62,898 bases of DNA, filler included, from Octopus bimaculoides (GCF_001194135.2; 4 parts of 4 records of this genome joined end to end with filler, not necessarily neighbours in it), one strand, 5' to 3'. Shown: positions 49,525 through 62,743, counted from the whole stretch's first letter. Made by a program: numbers and translations. Notes: generated by a model from the sequence alone, not told the origin.

Positions 49525-51161
49525 NNNNNNNNNNNNNNNNNNNNNNNNNNNNNNNNNNNNNNNNNNNNNNNNNNNNNNNNNNNNNNNNNNNNNNNNNNNN
49601 NNNNNNNNNNNNNNNNNNNNNNNNNNNNNNNNNNNNNNNNNNNNNNNNNNNNNNNNNNNNNNNNNNNNNNNNNNNNNNNNNNNNNNNNNNNNNNNNNNNN
49701 NNNNNNNNNNNNNNNNNNNNNNNNNNNNNNNNNNNNNNNNNNNNNNNNNNNNNNNNNNNNNNNNNNNNNNNNNNNNNNNNNNNNNNNNNNNNNNNNNNNN
49801 NNNNNNNNNNNNNNNNNNNNNNNNNNNNNNNNNNNNNNNNNNNNNNNNNNNNNNNNNNNNNNNNNNNNNNNNNNNNNNNNNNNNNNNNNNNNNNNNNNNN
49901 NNNNNNNNNNNNNNNNNNNNNNNNNNNNNNNNNNNNNNNNNNNNNNNNNNNNNNNNNNNNNNNNNNNNNNNNNNNNNNNNNNNNNNNNNNNNNNNNNNNN
50001 NCCACACACACACACATACACACCGTCATTGTCTCTAAATCTTATTCCACAGCTAAAACTAATTAAATGTTTCAAAGACAAATTCCACTTGTGTTTTCTT
50101 TTTTTTTAAAGGTGAACTGGGAATAGAGTGTGATTGAACTGACTGTCCTCACCTACTCATCTTGTATATTTATTGGCACTTGTGTTTGTGACTCTGAAGA
50201 GATTGAGAGACAATATATACCTCCTGGAGCTAAAACTAAAAGATATGTAGGGAGAGGTGATAATTGAATACGGACAGTAATTTTAGTCAGATGCTGTACC
50301 ATTATTGTTCCAAGTTATCAACCTTACCCACAGATTATATTAAGATTAATTAGTGCTTTTACCAGGCCTTCATTAGTCCCACTGGCTCAATATTAGGATG
50401 GAGATTTTTATGCTTTTGTCCCCGTTTCATAATCTTCATCATCACAAGAAATTTTTATACTGTGCATCAGCACAACGTCAGTTGAATCACCTCCAGTTTA
50501 TGCCTAGTACTTTATTGTATAAACCCTAGAGAGATTTAAAGGCAAAGGTTATCCCAGGTAAAATTTGAACCCAAAACACAAAGGGATGAAACTAAGACCT
50601 AAGGCATTCCAGTAGTGACCATCCCACCTTGTTTTTTTCAGACATTATCCTTCTCTAAGTTTATATGTCCTTTTAGTATCCTATTGTGTCACCATTGCCA
50701 CTGTAGCGTTCTCTAGCACATACATGTAGAAGACTGAGAGCAGGGAAGGGCATGGCTGGATTGATCAACTCCAGTACACAACTGGTAATTCATTTCATTA
50801 ATATTTCTCCGCTCCAGATGGGTGAAAGGCTTAGTTGACTTTGGCAGGATTTGAAGCCAGAATGCAAATGAACATAATTAAATAGCACAAAGTATTGTGT
50901 CTGATGCTCTACTGATTATTTTTCCAAGATAATGATGAATTTCTAAGGTAGGCATAACAATTTTAGGGGGCAGGTGGATGGGATAGGAAAATGAAATGCA
51001 AAGTGGAATTTGAACTTTGGTCATAACGTTTTGCCTGTCACTCTTTGACATGATCCGGCAAAACATGGATTGGGAGTCTTTAGAGGGCAAAAGGAGCAAA
51101 TGAAACTGCAACAGAGTATTTTCATTGATGAGTTCATGAACCTTGGTTCTTTTCCCTAAAA

Positions 51162-51198
<37 letters not shown>

Positions 51199-51639
51199 AA
51201 GCGTAGATTAGTTCGGTAATAGGTAAATTTGACCTGTTTGTGTGTCAATTATGTAGGTATATATAAATATAGAAATGTATGGCCAGTAACAATGGGAACT
51301 GAGTGTCTATTATTTCATTAGGAATACATTTGGCAAGTGATCTGTGCAAACACAAGAGGTGCTAACTATCCCTCAATCAGATGTATTCTCTCTCTTTTTC
51401 TAGCCACTATTCCTTGCTGTTTATCATCATCATCATCATCATCATACTAATCATCATTATCATTATAATGGTACAGCTCAGCAAAATCTCTCCATCACTA
51501 CTGAAGTATGACTTATAAGCTAGAGAGCTGTAGATTAGGTCCAGTGTGGGCAGAATATAACATGGTAACGTTAAAAAAAAAAACAAAACAACATATAATA
51601 CAAAAATTAGATGTAATAATAATAATAATGGTTTTAAAT

Positions 51640-51799
51640 TTTGCCCCAAAGGCAGTATTTCTGGGAGTAGAGGATGACTCTATTACGTCGACGCCAGTAC
51701 TTGACTGGTACTTAATTTATCAGAATCGACCTTGTGGGAATTTGAGCTCAGAACGTAGCAACAGGTGAATACCACTAAGCATTTCCCCCGCTTGTTGCC

Positions 51800-51843
<44 letters not shown>

Positions 51844-52240
51844 TTCAAATTTTAGCCCAAGGCCACCAATGTTGGGGGAGGGGTAAGCTGATCATATCGA
51901 CACCAGTGCACAACTGGTATTTATTTCATTGACCCTGAAAGGATGAAAGGCAAAGATGACCTCGGCAGAATTTGAACCCAGAATGTAAAGACAAATGAAA
52001 TGCTGCTGAGCATTTTGTCTGGCATGCAAACCGTTCTGCCAGCTTGCTTCCTTAATAATAATAATAATAATAACAACAATAACAATCCTTTATACTAAAA
52101 GCACAAAGCCTGAAATTTGGGTACTTAATTTATCTACCCCAAAGGATGAAAGGCAAAGTTGACCTTGGTGGAATTTGAACTCAGAACAAAAAGAAAGATG
52201 AAATGCCACTAAGCATTTTGCCTGGCAAGCTCACCACCTT
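51640..52240 (-). mobile_element. Three tandem family C SINE copies separated by (AAT)n
   Basis: gaaaggatgaaaggcaaagttgacc-like cores near 51725, 51945 and 52145. Confidence 0.7.
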
Positions 52241-53074
52241 GATAATAATAGTAATAATAATAACATTTTTTACTTTATCACTTGTAACTTATTAAATAAC
52301 AACTTGGAAAAACAAATGAAAAAAATTAGTTGAGGTAGGTTGATTAAAATAGTGTAAGGGGATATCTAAGACTTTGTAGCAGAACCAAATCTGGTGTTAT
52401 ATCTAAGAAACCTTTCTTTTCAGCCACATCTTGACTACATCCATGAATAATCAATAAGATTCATATGTGTGCATTTTTTTTTGTCTGTGCATGTATTGTA
52501 CTCTTGTGTATTTTGCAGTACAGAGACAAGATCATAAAAGTGTGTAATAATTCACGCTGGTGTATTGATGTGTTTCACATGTGTGGCACACATAATGAAT
52601 GTTATGGTATAACCTGGTCCTGAGAAGGGCTCGTTTGAAAGGTGTCACCAAAAACAGGGTAAGTCCATGACATAGTTCAGTGTATTTCATTAAGCTTGTA
52701 AAGTGCAGAACTGGTTTCAAATCATACCATAGTACAGAAAAGAAGAAAAATGAATTTAAAAGAAAAATAGTATAAAAAAAACCCAAAATGTTTTTGAAAA
52801 AAATGAACTTTAGACTAGAACAAGTACGAGATGAAATTTGCAGTAGGTCCAATCTCATCTCTTTTTCCTCAGTGAAACTGATCTCTTTCATATCGTATGA
52901 TGCTTTTTATACACTCAAGGCACAACAAGTACACATAGCATAATAAATATTTACCATTCCAATGCACTTTGTTCAATAGAAAAAAACCCAAACACTGCAT
53001 TAACAGAGAGAAAAAAAAAAGAAAAAAAAAGCAAGGGAAGAAAAAGGATCCAGTCATGCCCCACTAACAAGATA

Positions 53075-53334
53075 TAGTTGTGGCTAAAAGTTTGGAACAT
53101 AGTTCTGAAAATTAGAATTTTTATATTAAATGCACAAAGTTAAATTTAATTTGCAAGATATTACTATTTTGCCAAAAGTTTGGAACATGGGTCTGAAAAT
53201 TTGTTCTTCTAGATATTGAACCATTGGGTCAGTTATTACATAAGGATATCTCTACGCTGTATGTATTTGAATCGAATTGTACTTGGGCATAACAATTTTT
53301 TTTTTTTAATGTTCCAAACTTTTGGTCACGACTG
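53075..53334. mobile_element. Tc1-type MITE
   Basis: TA-tagttgtggctaaaagtttggaacat ... atgttccaaacttttggtcacgactg-TA; internal direct repeat ccaaaagtttggaacat near 53171. Confidence 0.8.
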
Positions 53335-53723
53335 TATGGAATTTGGTAACCAATGGCTTCACTAAAAAAAAAACCCCATGCTATGTACTATAAAAAAAAT
53401 ATATAAAAAAATGAGGATCTCTAAAAGTTTGTATTCCATGTCCAATTAATCATGTCCAGGTATAAATATAAATCTGGTTTTACAGTGTTTGAGGAAAGTA
53501 ATCATGGGGAGAATATTTGTAAGGAGTGGAGAACGTGAGAGAGAGGAAGGAGGAAAAGAGATGACTGATGAGTTATTAGTTGGGTACTTATGGAGCCCCA
53601 GTAAGAAATTTTCAAGATGCAGGGCAGATATAATGGGTACTCCACCCCCAGACAGCACAAAATTTTTTTTTTTAAATCAATTTCTTCATGATTTCTAAAT
53701 GGAACTAAATATATATACTTGTG

Positions 53724-53754
<31 letters not shown>

Positions 53755-53978
53755 AATAATATTAGGGACAAAATCCAAAATTACAGGTAAAAACTCAATT
53801 AAAATCAATTTATAAAAAATTAAAATTAAATTGAGCTTTATAGATAAAATATATATAAAATATATACTTATCTTATGATATTTACTTTACTTTATATTAT
53901 CCTCATTTATTGCGCTTTTAATTATTAATTTTTCTATATGTGATAATGGATTTTCATCGATGAGTTCTTGAAACTTGG

Positions 53979-54027
<49 letters not shown>

Positions 54028-54212
54028 TATATTTTTTGTATTCATTTCTATATTTCCATTGTGGATAGCCTTAATCTTATAAGTAGGTCATCTAATATAT
54101 AAATAAAAAATAAATAAATATATTGTTAGTTTGATAAGTGCCCAGCACAAAACTCTCTCAGGTTATTTATACATACACATTTACAAACTTAGACATATGT
54201 ATGTATGTATAA

Positions 54213-54259
<47 letters not shown>

Positions 54260-56726
54260 CATATAATAAATATTATAAATACATATACATAATACTTGTA
54301 TATAATACATACATATATAGATATATACAAACACACATACATAATAATGCATATATAATATATATATATAATACATACATATATATATATATATAATATA
54401 CAGCACCAACATTCTGCATGCTGATGGTCTGCAGTTATAATCTGCACTAATTAATGAATAGGAACTTCAGATTACAAGTTTACTGATACCTTTCACAGAT
54501 TAGTATCTTGTACAATACCGTACCAATAGACTTGTATCATTCCTACTAATGTACAGGTACCTGAATTTCATTTAATTATTTAAGGTAATTTGATATTTGT
54601 TTGATTTAGAATGTATTGACCTCTGATTTGGAAAAAAATCAGTTATCCAAAATGACTCTGGTACCAAAAATTAAATATTTTATCTGTAAATATATGTGCA
54701 TAAATCTCATATTTTGACAAATTGTTTTTCTTTGACGATCATGTAATTTTAGCCTCTCAGAGACTAAAACGTGGACATATGCAATTCTACTGCGAGGCAC
54801 CTTGGGCAAGTGTTTTTCTACTATAGCCCTGGGCTGACCAAAGCCTTGTGACTGGATTTCGTAGACAGATACTGAAAGAAGCCCATCATATATGTATATA
54901 TTAACGTGTGACTTTGTTTGTACCCCACGCCCACTTGACAACCGGTGTTGGTGTGTTTACATCCCCATAACTTAACAGTTTGGTAAAAAAAAGACCAAGA
55001 GAATAAGAACAGGCTTAGAAAACAATGTATTCGGGTGATAGTCAGATTCATTTGACTAAAATTCCTCAAAGCAGTGCCCCAGCATGGCCACAGCCTAATG
55101 ATTGGAACAAGTAAATTGATAAGTCTGGGATATTACTGTAGTGCAGGCATGGGTATCCTTTTTTGAGAAGTGGGCTACATGAGACAGGGCTTATCATCAG
55201 GTGAAAAAAGCTCCAAGGCAATTTTCCTTTTCGGTGCCATTCAGAAAGTAATGCAGGCTGCAGTTTTCTCATGACTGCTACTAGTGTTTCGCCATCTAAG
55301 CATATGAGAACCAGTCACTATAATCATTTATACATTCAAACCCTAAGACAACAAATTTGGGCAAGCTATAGGGTGGACTGAACCAAACCCTGCAACCTAA
55401 ATGTATGTATGTATGTATATATATACATATATGTATATATATATACATATATGTATATATATATACATATATGTATATATATATACATATATGTATATAT
55501 ATATATGTATATATATATACATATATGTATATATATGTATATATNNNNNNNNNNNNNNNNNNNNNNNNNNNNNNNNNNNNNNNNNNNNNNNNNNNNNNNN
55601 NNNNNNNNNNNNNNNNNNNNNNNNNNNNNNNNNNNNNNNNNNNNNNNNNNNNNNNNNNNNNNNNNNNNNNNNNNNNNNNNNNNNNNNNNNNNNNNNNNNN
55701 NNNNNNNNNNNNNNNNNNNNNNNNNNNNNNNNNNNNNNNNNNNNNNNNNNNNNNNNNNNNNNNNNNNNNNNNNNNNNNNNNNNNNNNNNNNNNNNNNNNN
55801 NNNNNNNNNNNNNNNNNNNNNNNNNNNNNNNNNNNNNNNNNNNNNNNNNNNNNNNNNNNNNNNNNNNNNNNNNNNNNNNNNNNNNNNNNNNNNNNNNNNN
55901 NNNNNNNNNNNNNNNNNNNNNNNNNNNNNNNNNNNNNNNNNNNNNNNNNNNNNNNNNNNNNNNNNNNNNNNNNNNNNNNNNNNNNNNNNNNNNNNNNNNN
56001 NNNNNNNNNNNNNNNNNNNNNNNNNNNNNNNNNNNNNNNNNNNNNNNNNNNNNNNNNNNNNNNNNNNNNNNNNNNNNNNNNNNNNNNNNNNNNNNNNNNN
56101 NNNNNNNNNNNNNNNNNNNNNNNNNNNNNNNNNNNNNNNNNNNNNNNNNNNNNNNNNNNNNNNNNNNNNNNNNNNNNNNNNNNNNNNNNNNNNNNNNNNN
56201 NNNNNNNNNNNNNNNNNNNNNNNNNNNNNNNNNNNNNNNNNNNNNNNNNNNNNNNNNNNNNNNNNNNNNNNNNNNNNNNNNNNNNNNNNNNNNNNNNNNN
56301 NNNNNNNNNNNNNNNNNNNNNNNNNNNNNNNNNNNNNNNNNNNNNNNNNNNNNNNNNNNNNNNNNNNNNNNNNNNNNNNNNNNNNNNNNNNNNNNNNNNN
56401 NNNNNNNNNNNNNNNNNNNNNNNNNNNNNNNNNNNNNNNNNNNNNNNNNNNNNNNNNNNNNNNNNNNNNNNNNNNNNNNNNNNNNNNNNNNNNNNNNNNN
56501 NNNNNNNNNNNNNNNNNNNNNNNNNNNNNNNNNNNNNNNNNNCTATTTAATGACCCTTTCAGCTTCTGCTGCTATTGTTGATGCTGTTATTATATCTGTG
56601 CGCACCCCCTCATAACCTCCAGAACATAAATACAAAGACTTGAGTGTGTGTGTGTGTGCGTGTGTGATGGTGGAGATGTGTGTATCCTTCTCCTCCTCCT
56701 CATCATCCACTTCTTTCTTCTCTGTG

Positions 56727-56939
56727 TTATACTTTGGTTGTGTCCATAGGTACGTCCTCCCCAAGAACTTCATCTGCCAGTAGAGGTGGATGCTTCTTCC
56801 ATACTTTTCCTGCGGCCAGGATGTGCTGGATTTCTTCAAAAGTCTTACCTTTCGTCTCTGGGACGAAGAAGAAGATGAAGAACACAGCGAAAATAAGGAT
56901 GGCAATGAACAATATGAATGTGTAGGGACCCATAGCTAT
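56727..56939 (-). CDS. SLC2A: SLC2A terminal exon (IAMGPYTF...PETKGKTFEEI...DTTKV*)
   Basis: Acceptor ttaatcttccag; 213 bp including TAA. Confidence 0.92.
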   Translation of the reverse strand: MAMGPYTFILFIAILIFAVFFIFFFVPETKGKTFEEIQHILAAGKVWKKHPPLLADEVLGEDVPMDTTKV

Positions 56940-59900
56940 CTGGAAGATTAAAAAAGAGAAGAAAAAAGGAAAGAAGAAAAAGAAAATTAGTAAACTTAAA
57001 AACAAGGCATGTTGCGAAGGCAACATAAAAAAAAAAACTACATAAAAATGTTTTATTAGGAATAGTGGATCTCGAAGCACACATAAAGCTATAAGTAATG
57101 ACATGTAATATTCAGATGAATATTTTGGAAAGAAAAAGTCGAAGGCTGTCTGTGAGATTCTATCCCACAAAGGGCTTTTTTTTAACCTGATATTTACATA
57201 CTGTCATTTATAGCTTTATGTGTTTTGAGATCCACTCTTCCAAAAAGATTGATTTCATGTTTTCTCGGAAATAATATATTTGCGGATGGAACACGTGGGA
57301 TGTAGTACTGAAGAATGACCCCAAGAAGCTGAACCTTTCAGGTCGAAAAATAAAAGACAATATGACGACAAAAAACAGTCTTCCATACGCTACAAACATG
57401 GAGGTAACCTGGATCAACTTGACATCTGCATCTTATCCAAGCACCCAAAGGACCCAACACTCAGACAAGACGATCATTTATAGTAATAACTATTTCAAAA
57501 TACACACTAACTGCAGTGTAATTAATGCAGTTACCTGACAAGCAACAGTCCTATCATTCATGCCTCATCTGTGGGATAGATTATCTTTGTTTTCTCTTAA
57601 ATTGGTGATTATAATGGCAAATATTCCTCTTTTATTTTTCAGAATGTTTAATCATTTATGTTTGTGCTCTGGTAAATGAAATGTGTAAGGTTTGCTAGAT
57701 GAAGTAAGATCTACTAGGTGAAGTGAATAAGATCTGCTAGATGGAAGGAATTTCAACCATGTTTTGTGGTCTGCTACCACAACAGCTCCTTTATAGGATC
57801 CAGTTAGCTCAAGACATCATCAGGAGGAACCACGTCCGGTTTCGGCCCCTACTCCTCTACCATTTTGACGTGGCAGGGCCCCCTCCTTTCGGAGGTGTCT
57901 TCAGCTCTGGTGTTGGGTGCATGTCTTCTTTAACTGTTTGTGACTGTTCTAATTCAACTGTGGAATGTCCCTCGCTATGGTTATCTTCCAGGAGGTTCTG
58001 GCCACACGTCTTACGGTTCATCAACCCGCGTTGTTGAATTACTTTCTTCTCACATACCTTCCCTTGGTGATGAATTGAGCAAAATCTGCTTGAAGTGAAC
58101 AAGATCTACTACATGAAGTGAGCAGGATCTGCTAGGTGAACTAAACAAGATCTGCTTGATAAACTGAGCAAGATCTGCTAGATGAAGAGAACAGGATCTG
58201 CTAAGTGAACTGAACAAGATCTGCTAGATGAAGTGAACAAGTTCTACTAGATGAAATGAGCAAGATCTGCTAGACGAAGTGAACAAGTTCTACTAGATGA
58301 AATGAGCAAGATCTGCTACATGAAGCAGGGAAAGAATATTAGATGAAAGGAGCAAGGCCTGTTAGATAAAATGAGTATGGTCTACTTGATGAAGTTATCA
58401 AAGGATGAATTACCTGTAAGAAAGGAAAAGTCAGCAGGAGGATGAAGTTCGTAACCCAGTTAAACACCAATGACATGGACATTGCAGCAGCACGAGGTCC
58501 TTGTGTGAACAACTCAGACACAAGATTGAATGGGATAGGACCTGAAAAATATAAAATAAACATGGTGAGCATTATGCTGTGGTGGTGAGGGTAGTGGTCA
58601 TGACGTGCCAGCATCAGCTCAACCCTGACTGACCAGATTGATGACCCAAGGTCATTCAAACCATGACCATCCAGTCATTTTTTTTTACAGGAATAATGGA
58701 CACTGGAATATATTATACATCGTTATTTTATTTTTTTAATAATTACGCTGTAGTTTCAGAGAAATTTGACTGCTATTCCTAGCAGACTGAGCAACTACAG
58801 AGATGGCTACTCATTGACTCGTGATGATGATATGGATCGTTATGTAGTGGTGGCCATCAGATGAGCATGTATACATATATGCATGTGTGTGTGTGTGTGT
58901 GCATGTATGTATGTATGTCATTTGTGAGGTCTTTCATGAGTGCTACTAGTAATATGGAATTCACAGTGACCAAACCCCCCCCCCCACCAGGCCTGCCTAG
59001 TGAGTAGGATTGCTAGAAATCCAGCAGGACTAAAAGCAAGACTTCTTAAAAGGACAGATGAACCTAGTGTAGGTTCAGTGACTTCACTGTGTAACAAAAT
59101 TAAATTTTTTTTTTTTGTCTTTGTTCAGTAAGTGTTATTTCCTACTTGTTTCTATCTAGAAATCAAAGGAAATGACTACCATTCCCTTCAGACTTTGCTT
59201 TTCTGACCTGGACATCAATGTTTTGAAACTGACCTATTTTCCATTTCATTTCAGACAGATTCAATGTTGAGTTGCTGAAGCAGAAATATCGTTATAGCAA
59301 ATATTCTGCTCAATACCACAGATATGCTTGTCAGTTGCTTGACTTTAACCATATGAGCATGTCCCTTAGTGGCTGACTATATGTGCATTTCTGATCATGA
59401 GCAAGAGTAGTGGGAGAGCATCAAAGCCATGTGTTTTGAGAAATTCTTTGGGGTTTGAATAAATGTAACAAAGTTCGACAGAAATAGCCAATTTTCATTA
59501 TTTTTAGGGGTAATTAAATGGGGAAAAACAGTTGCTATCCAAGGACAAAAATCATGTTACACAGTGCTATCTATCAATAGTATGGCCACTCAGAAACCCC
59601 CAGTTGGTGTCTAGCATGCTGGCGGACCACTGGGAGTGAGGCAGCCCTTGCCTTTTGTTAAAGCATGTATCAGGGAAAAAGGTCACTCTGACATAGAACT
59701 AGATAAGTAGGGAATGACGCTGGACATTTTGGAGATCTTTTGCTTGCACTTGAGATCATGGCGTTCTCACACTCTTGAGCCTGCAAACCATATTGGTATG
59801 AGATATCTTGCCTTGGCTTATCTCTGGATCATGTCAGTAGGGTGGAGAGAGTCTATGAGGTGTTATTGGACCTAAAATTTTGCACAGGCTGAATGTGTAT

Positions 59901-62743
59901 ATGTATGTTTGCTAGATCAACAAATACTTACCGAGGCCAACAGCAAAGCCAATGATATAGACTAACATAATGATGATACTGACATAACCCATCCAGCTTG
60001 GAGCTTTCTGAAATAAAAAGCAGAACACATGGGTAGTACACAGAGGCAGTACGCATAGTATTTAATACATAAGAACACATATAATATAAAATAGAAATAT
60101 AATATAAAATTACCTATTCACTTAGTGCTATGTGACTAATTAATTTTGTATACATAAAAATTAATACAAATATAATAGTAAATGGAAATCACTAGGAAAG
60201 CTGTGTTAGTTCTAGAAGAAAAGTAAACTTACTTCATCACCATAACTTTCTTGTATATTCAGAAATATTGAAAGTATAAGCATAGCTAGGGCCATTATAG
60301 CAGTTGGAGACAGCAACAGGGGACGTCGGCCGAGTTTCTCCATCAATGGTATCTAAAAAGGGAGAGAAACCAAAAGAGATTCTATTTTATTAAATGAGCA
60401 AGTGTGTGTGTGTGTGAGTGTGTACATGTGTAATGGTGTCTAGCAAATATGTGCTGTGTATGTTCAAATGTGTAATTCCAGCCAAAGTCACAAATACACA
60501 TGTCTGTTTGTGTGTGTGTATATATAGATATAAATACATACATACACACATATATATATATGAATACCATTAGAAATTATCACAAATTAATTATTTCTTC
60601 AAATGCATTTAATACATGTGTTTCAAGAGCTTACATAATAATTAGTTACATATGCAGCACCTTCATCAGTTGTCTATAAATGAAATATTTTATTTGTGAT
60701 TGACTGATGAGAGTGGGACTTAGGTAATAAATTGTTATGTGGCAGTGGTGCTTGTGTACTGGAACTGGTGGTAGTAGTGTTGGTGGCAGTGTTTGGCTAG
60801 AATTTACTTACCACAATGATGGTAGCAAAGACATTTGTCACTCCAGTCCCGACAATAGCGTAAGGAATGGCTTTCTGATCCAACTGAGCTTGGGTAAAGA
60901 TAAACTGGGAGTATGCGAATACCTGTGGAAAGAATGGAGTAAGGAAGATTCAATAATAATTATAATAATGATAATGATAATAATCACTGTTGGCATTGTC
61001 ATCAATCATCGTCATCAATATCAGTTGGGAGTAAGCAGTTGTGGAAAGAATGGAAACAGAAAGATTCTATAAATGTCATTGTTATCAACAGCAAAAATAT
61101 CTAAATAATGATGAAAAGATAACATTAATTCAGTGATTAATATCATTGTTATAATGGAGAGCTTAAGCAAGTACATCTATATATGTAACCAAAAATACTG
61201 CCAGCCCTTCCTTTCCCAGTATTCATCCCACGTTTAGTCATGGTGGCCAAAGTTCCGGTAATGTTGCTAAACAGTGGCAGGGTTGGGTACAGGCACTCCC
61301 AGGTCGTATAATAAGTGCTGAAGGAGGTTCACATGCACAGGACCTGTCCAAGAGCAGACCACTGCTAGACTAGATTAGACAGGTGTAGGGGAAAATCTTC
61401 TTCACTGGTCCCAAACCACTGATGAAAGAGCATCACTAAACAAAGAGTATCACACGAGTATGTTTACATTGATTGTAGACCAATGTTGAAAGCTCATCAT
61501 CAAAGACCATCATTAAACAAGGAGTACAACAGGACTAGAGGAAGGCTTACTGCATTAATCGATCAGACAGGGAGTACTATAAGGAGTACTTACTGCATTA
61601 ATCCCAGACCATTGTTGAAAAACCATCATCAAACAAGCAACCAAAATGGGGATTCGGTGGACTGGTGAAACCAAGAGTTCTTTCACCTTAAAAGGTTTCT
61701 CAACCGATTTGCTAGCTTCCAAACTCATTTCTTCGATCTCGTCGCTAACATCGGAAACACCTCGCAGTTTACGAAGAGCTGTAAAGAAGAGAAGAAGCAT
61801 GTATTAAAAAATAAAAAAAAGAACTAAATAAAGGGCGAAGATGAGGAGGGGATGGGAATATCTGTGAAATATTGGCAAGAAGAAGAAGAAGGCAGGGAAG
61901 AAACGAGGTAGAGAGGTGTGGAATGTGTGTCTTGTTAAGGAAATGAAGGATTACAGTGAAATAGAAGTCTACATCATCATACCTGCTTCAGCTTCTGCTA
62001 TTTTCTGCATCTTGACGGCCAAATAGCGCGGACTTTCGGGACAGAATGGCATCAGAACTAAAGTGACCAAAGTGGGGAATGCCACAAAAGCAAACAGCAT
62101 TGGCCAGAGGTCGGGAGTTCCTGCAACAGAACAACTGACCAATAAAGGAATATAACATACAACAATAGAGGTATACAACATCAATAGAAAAGTTGACTGG
62201 GAGAATTGTTAGAGTGTTAGAGTATAGGTTGTCGAAGTGGCTGTGTGGAAAGCCACAATCTTATCGTCAGTGCTACACCCTGACCACTAAGCCATGTGCC
62301 TCCATGTGAACTAAGAGGATCAGCAGAATAAAAGATAAAAGATACGTACCCATAAGCTCCTGTAGACCCAGAATTTGGGCCAGCAAAATGCCAATAGTGA
62401 TGGCCAACTGGTGACATGTTCCAACAGCACCACGGATTTCTTTTGGTGAAATCTCAGCAAGATACAGTGATGCCAGACCAATATTGACACCTGAAATATA
62501 ATAATAGGCCAGATTTGGCTGTTATATAGAGAAGGTTAAGTGATAAAACAAAATCGCTTCCAGTAGCAGTAATAACAACAACAACAATAATAAAGAGTAA
62601 TAAAGAGCCACCACTTACCACTGTGAAGACCAACTAACATTCTGGATATCATAAGACACTCTGGAGCCTTAACAGCTTTCGTGATTCCACCAGTAATGGC
62701 AGCCAGAAACATGATTACCGTAATTAACAACATACTTTTCTTT
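56727..62743 (-). CDS. SLC2A: SLC2A/GLUT-family facilitative sugar transporter, nine 3' coding exons (5' exons lie beyond the window)
   Basis: All introns are GT-AG and phase-consistent. Sugar-porter motifs: (G)RKKSM, YLAEISPKEIRG, PESPRYL, QQWSGINAV, EKLGRRPLLL, GLGPIPF, SELFTQGPR, NWVTNF, VPETKGKTFEEI. The paralogue cannot be assigned without a phylogeny. Confidence 0.95.
57063..57237. mobile_element. Hairpin MITE, copy 2, in the last SLC2A intron
   Basis: tagtggatctcgaagcacacataaagctataagtaatgaca / tgtcatttatagctttatgtgttttgagatccact; same TIR family as 47431-47539. Confidence 0.75.
58070..58325. repeat. 23-bp minisatellite (gaacaagatctgctagatgaagt), about 11 units; two more units at 57692-57742
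   Basis: Directly visible tandem array in the SLC2A intron. Confidence 0.9.
58414..58541 (-). CDS. SLC2A: SLC2A exon (GPIPFNLVSELFTQGPR...FPFLQ)
   Basis: tttttcag acceptor, gtaatt donor; 128 bp, phase 1 to 0. Confidence 0.92.
59932..60007 (-). CDS. SLC2A: SLC2A exon (KAPSWMGYVSIIIMLVYIIGFAVGL)
   Basis: tttatttcag acceptor, gtaagt donor; 76 bp, phase 0 to 1. Not in the supplied ORF track. Confidence 0.9.
60233..60352 (-). CDS. SLC2A: SLC2A exon (IPLMEKLGRRPLLL...QESYGDE)
   Basis: ccctttttag acceptor, gtaagt donor; 120 bp, phase 0 to 0. Not in the supplied ORF track. Confidence 0.9.
60812..60922 (-). CDS. SLC2A: SLC2A exon (VFAYSQFIF...VTNVFATIIV)
   Basis: ctttccacag acceptor, gtaagt donor; 111 bp, phase 0 to 0. 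Confidence 0.9.
61594..61778 (-). CDS. SLC2A: SLC2A exon (ALRKLRG...MVFQQWSGINA)
   Basis: ttctttacag acceptor, gtaagt donor; 185 bp, phase 1 to 0. Confidence 0.92.
61983..62120 (-). CDS. SLC2A: SLC2A exon (GTPDLWP...PESPRYL...EAEA)
   Basis: ctgttgcag acceptor, gtatga donor; 138 bp, phase 1 to 1. Confidence 0.92.
62350..62490 (-). CDS. SLC2A: SLC2A exon (GVNIGLASLYLAEISPKEIRGAVGTCHQLAITIG...ELM)
   Basis: tatatttcag acceptor, gtacgt donor; 141 bp, phase 1 to 1. Confidence 0.92.
62619..62743 (-). CDS. SLC2A: SLC2A exon (RKKSMLL...SRMLVGLHS)
   Basis: ctttatccag acceptor, gtaagt donor; 125 bp, phase 2 to 1. Confidence 0.9.
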
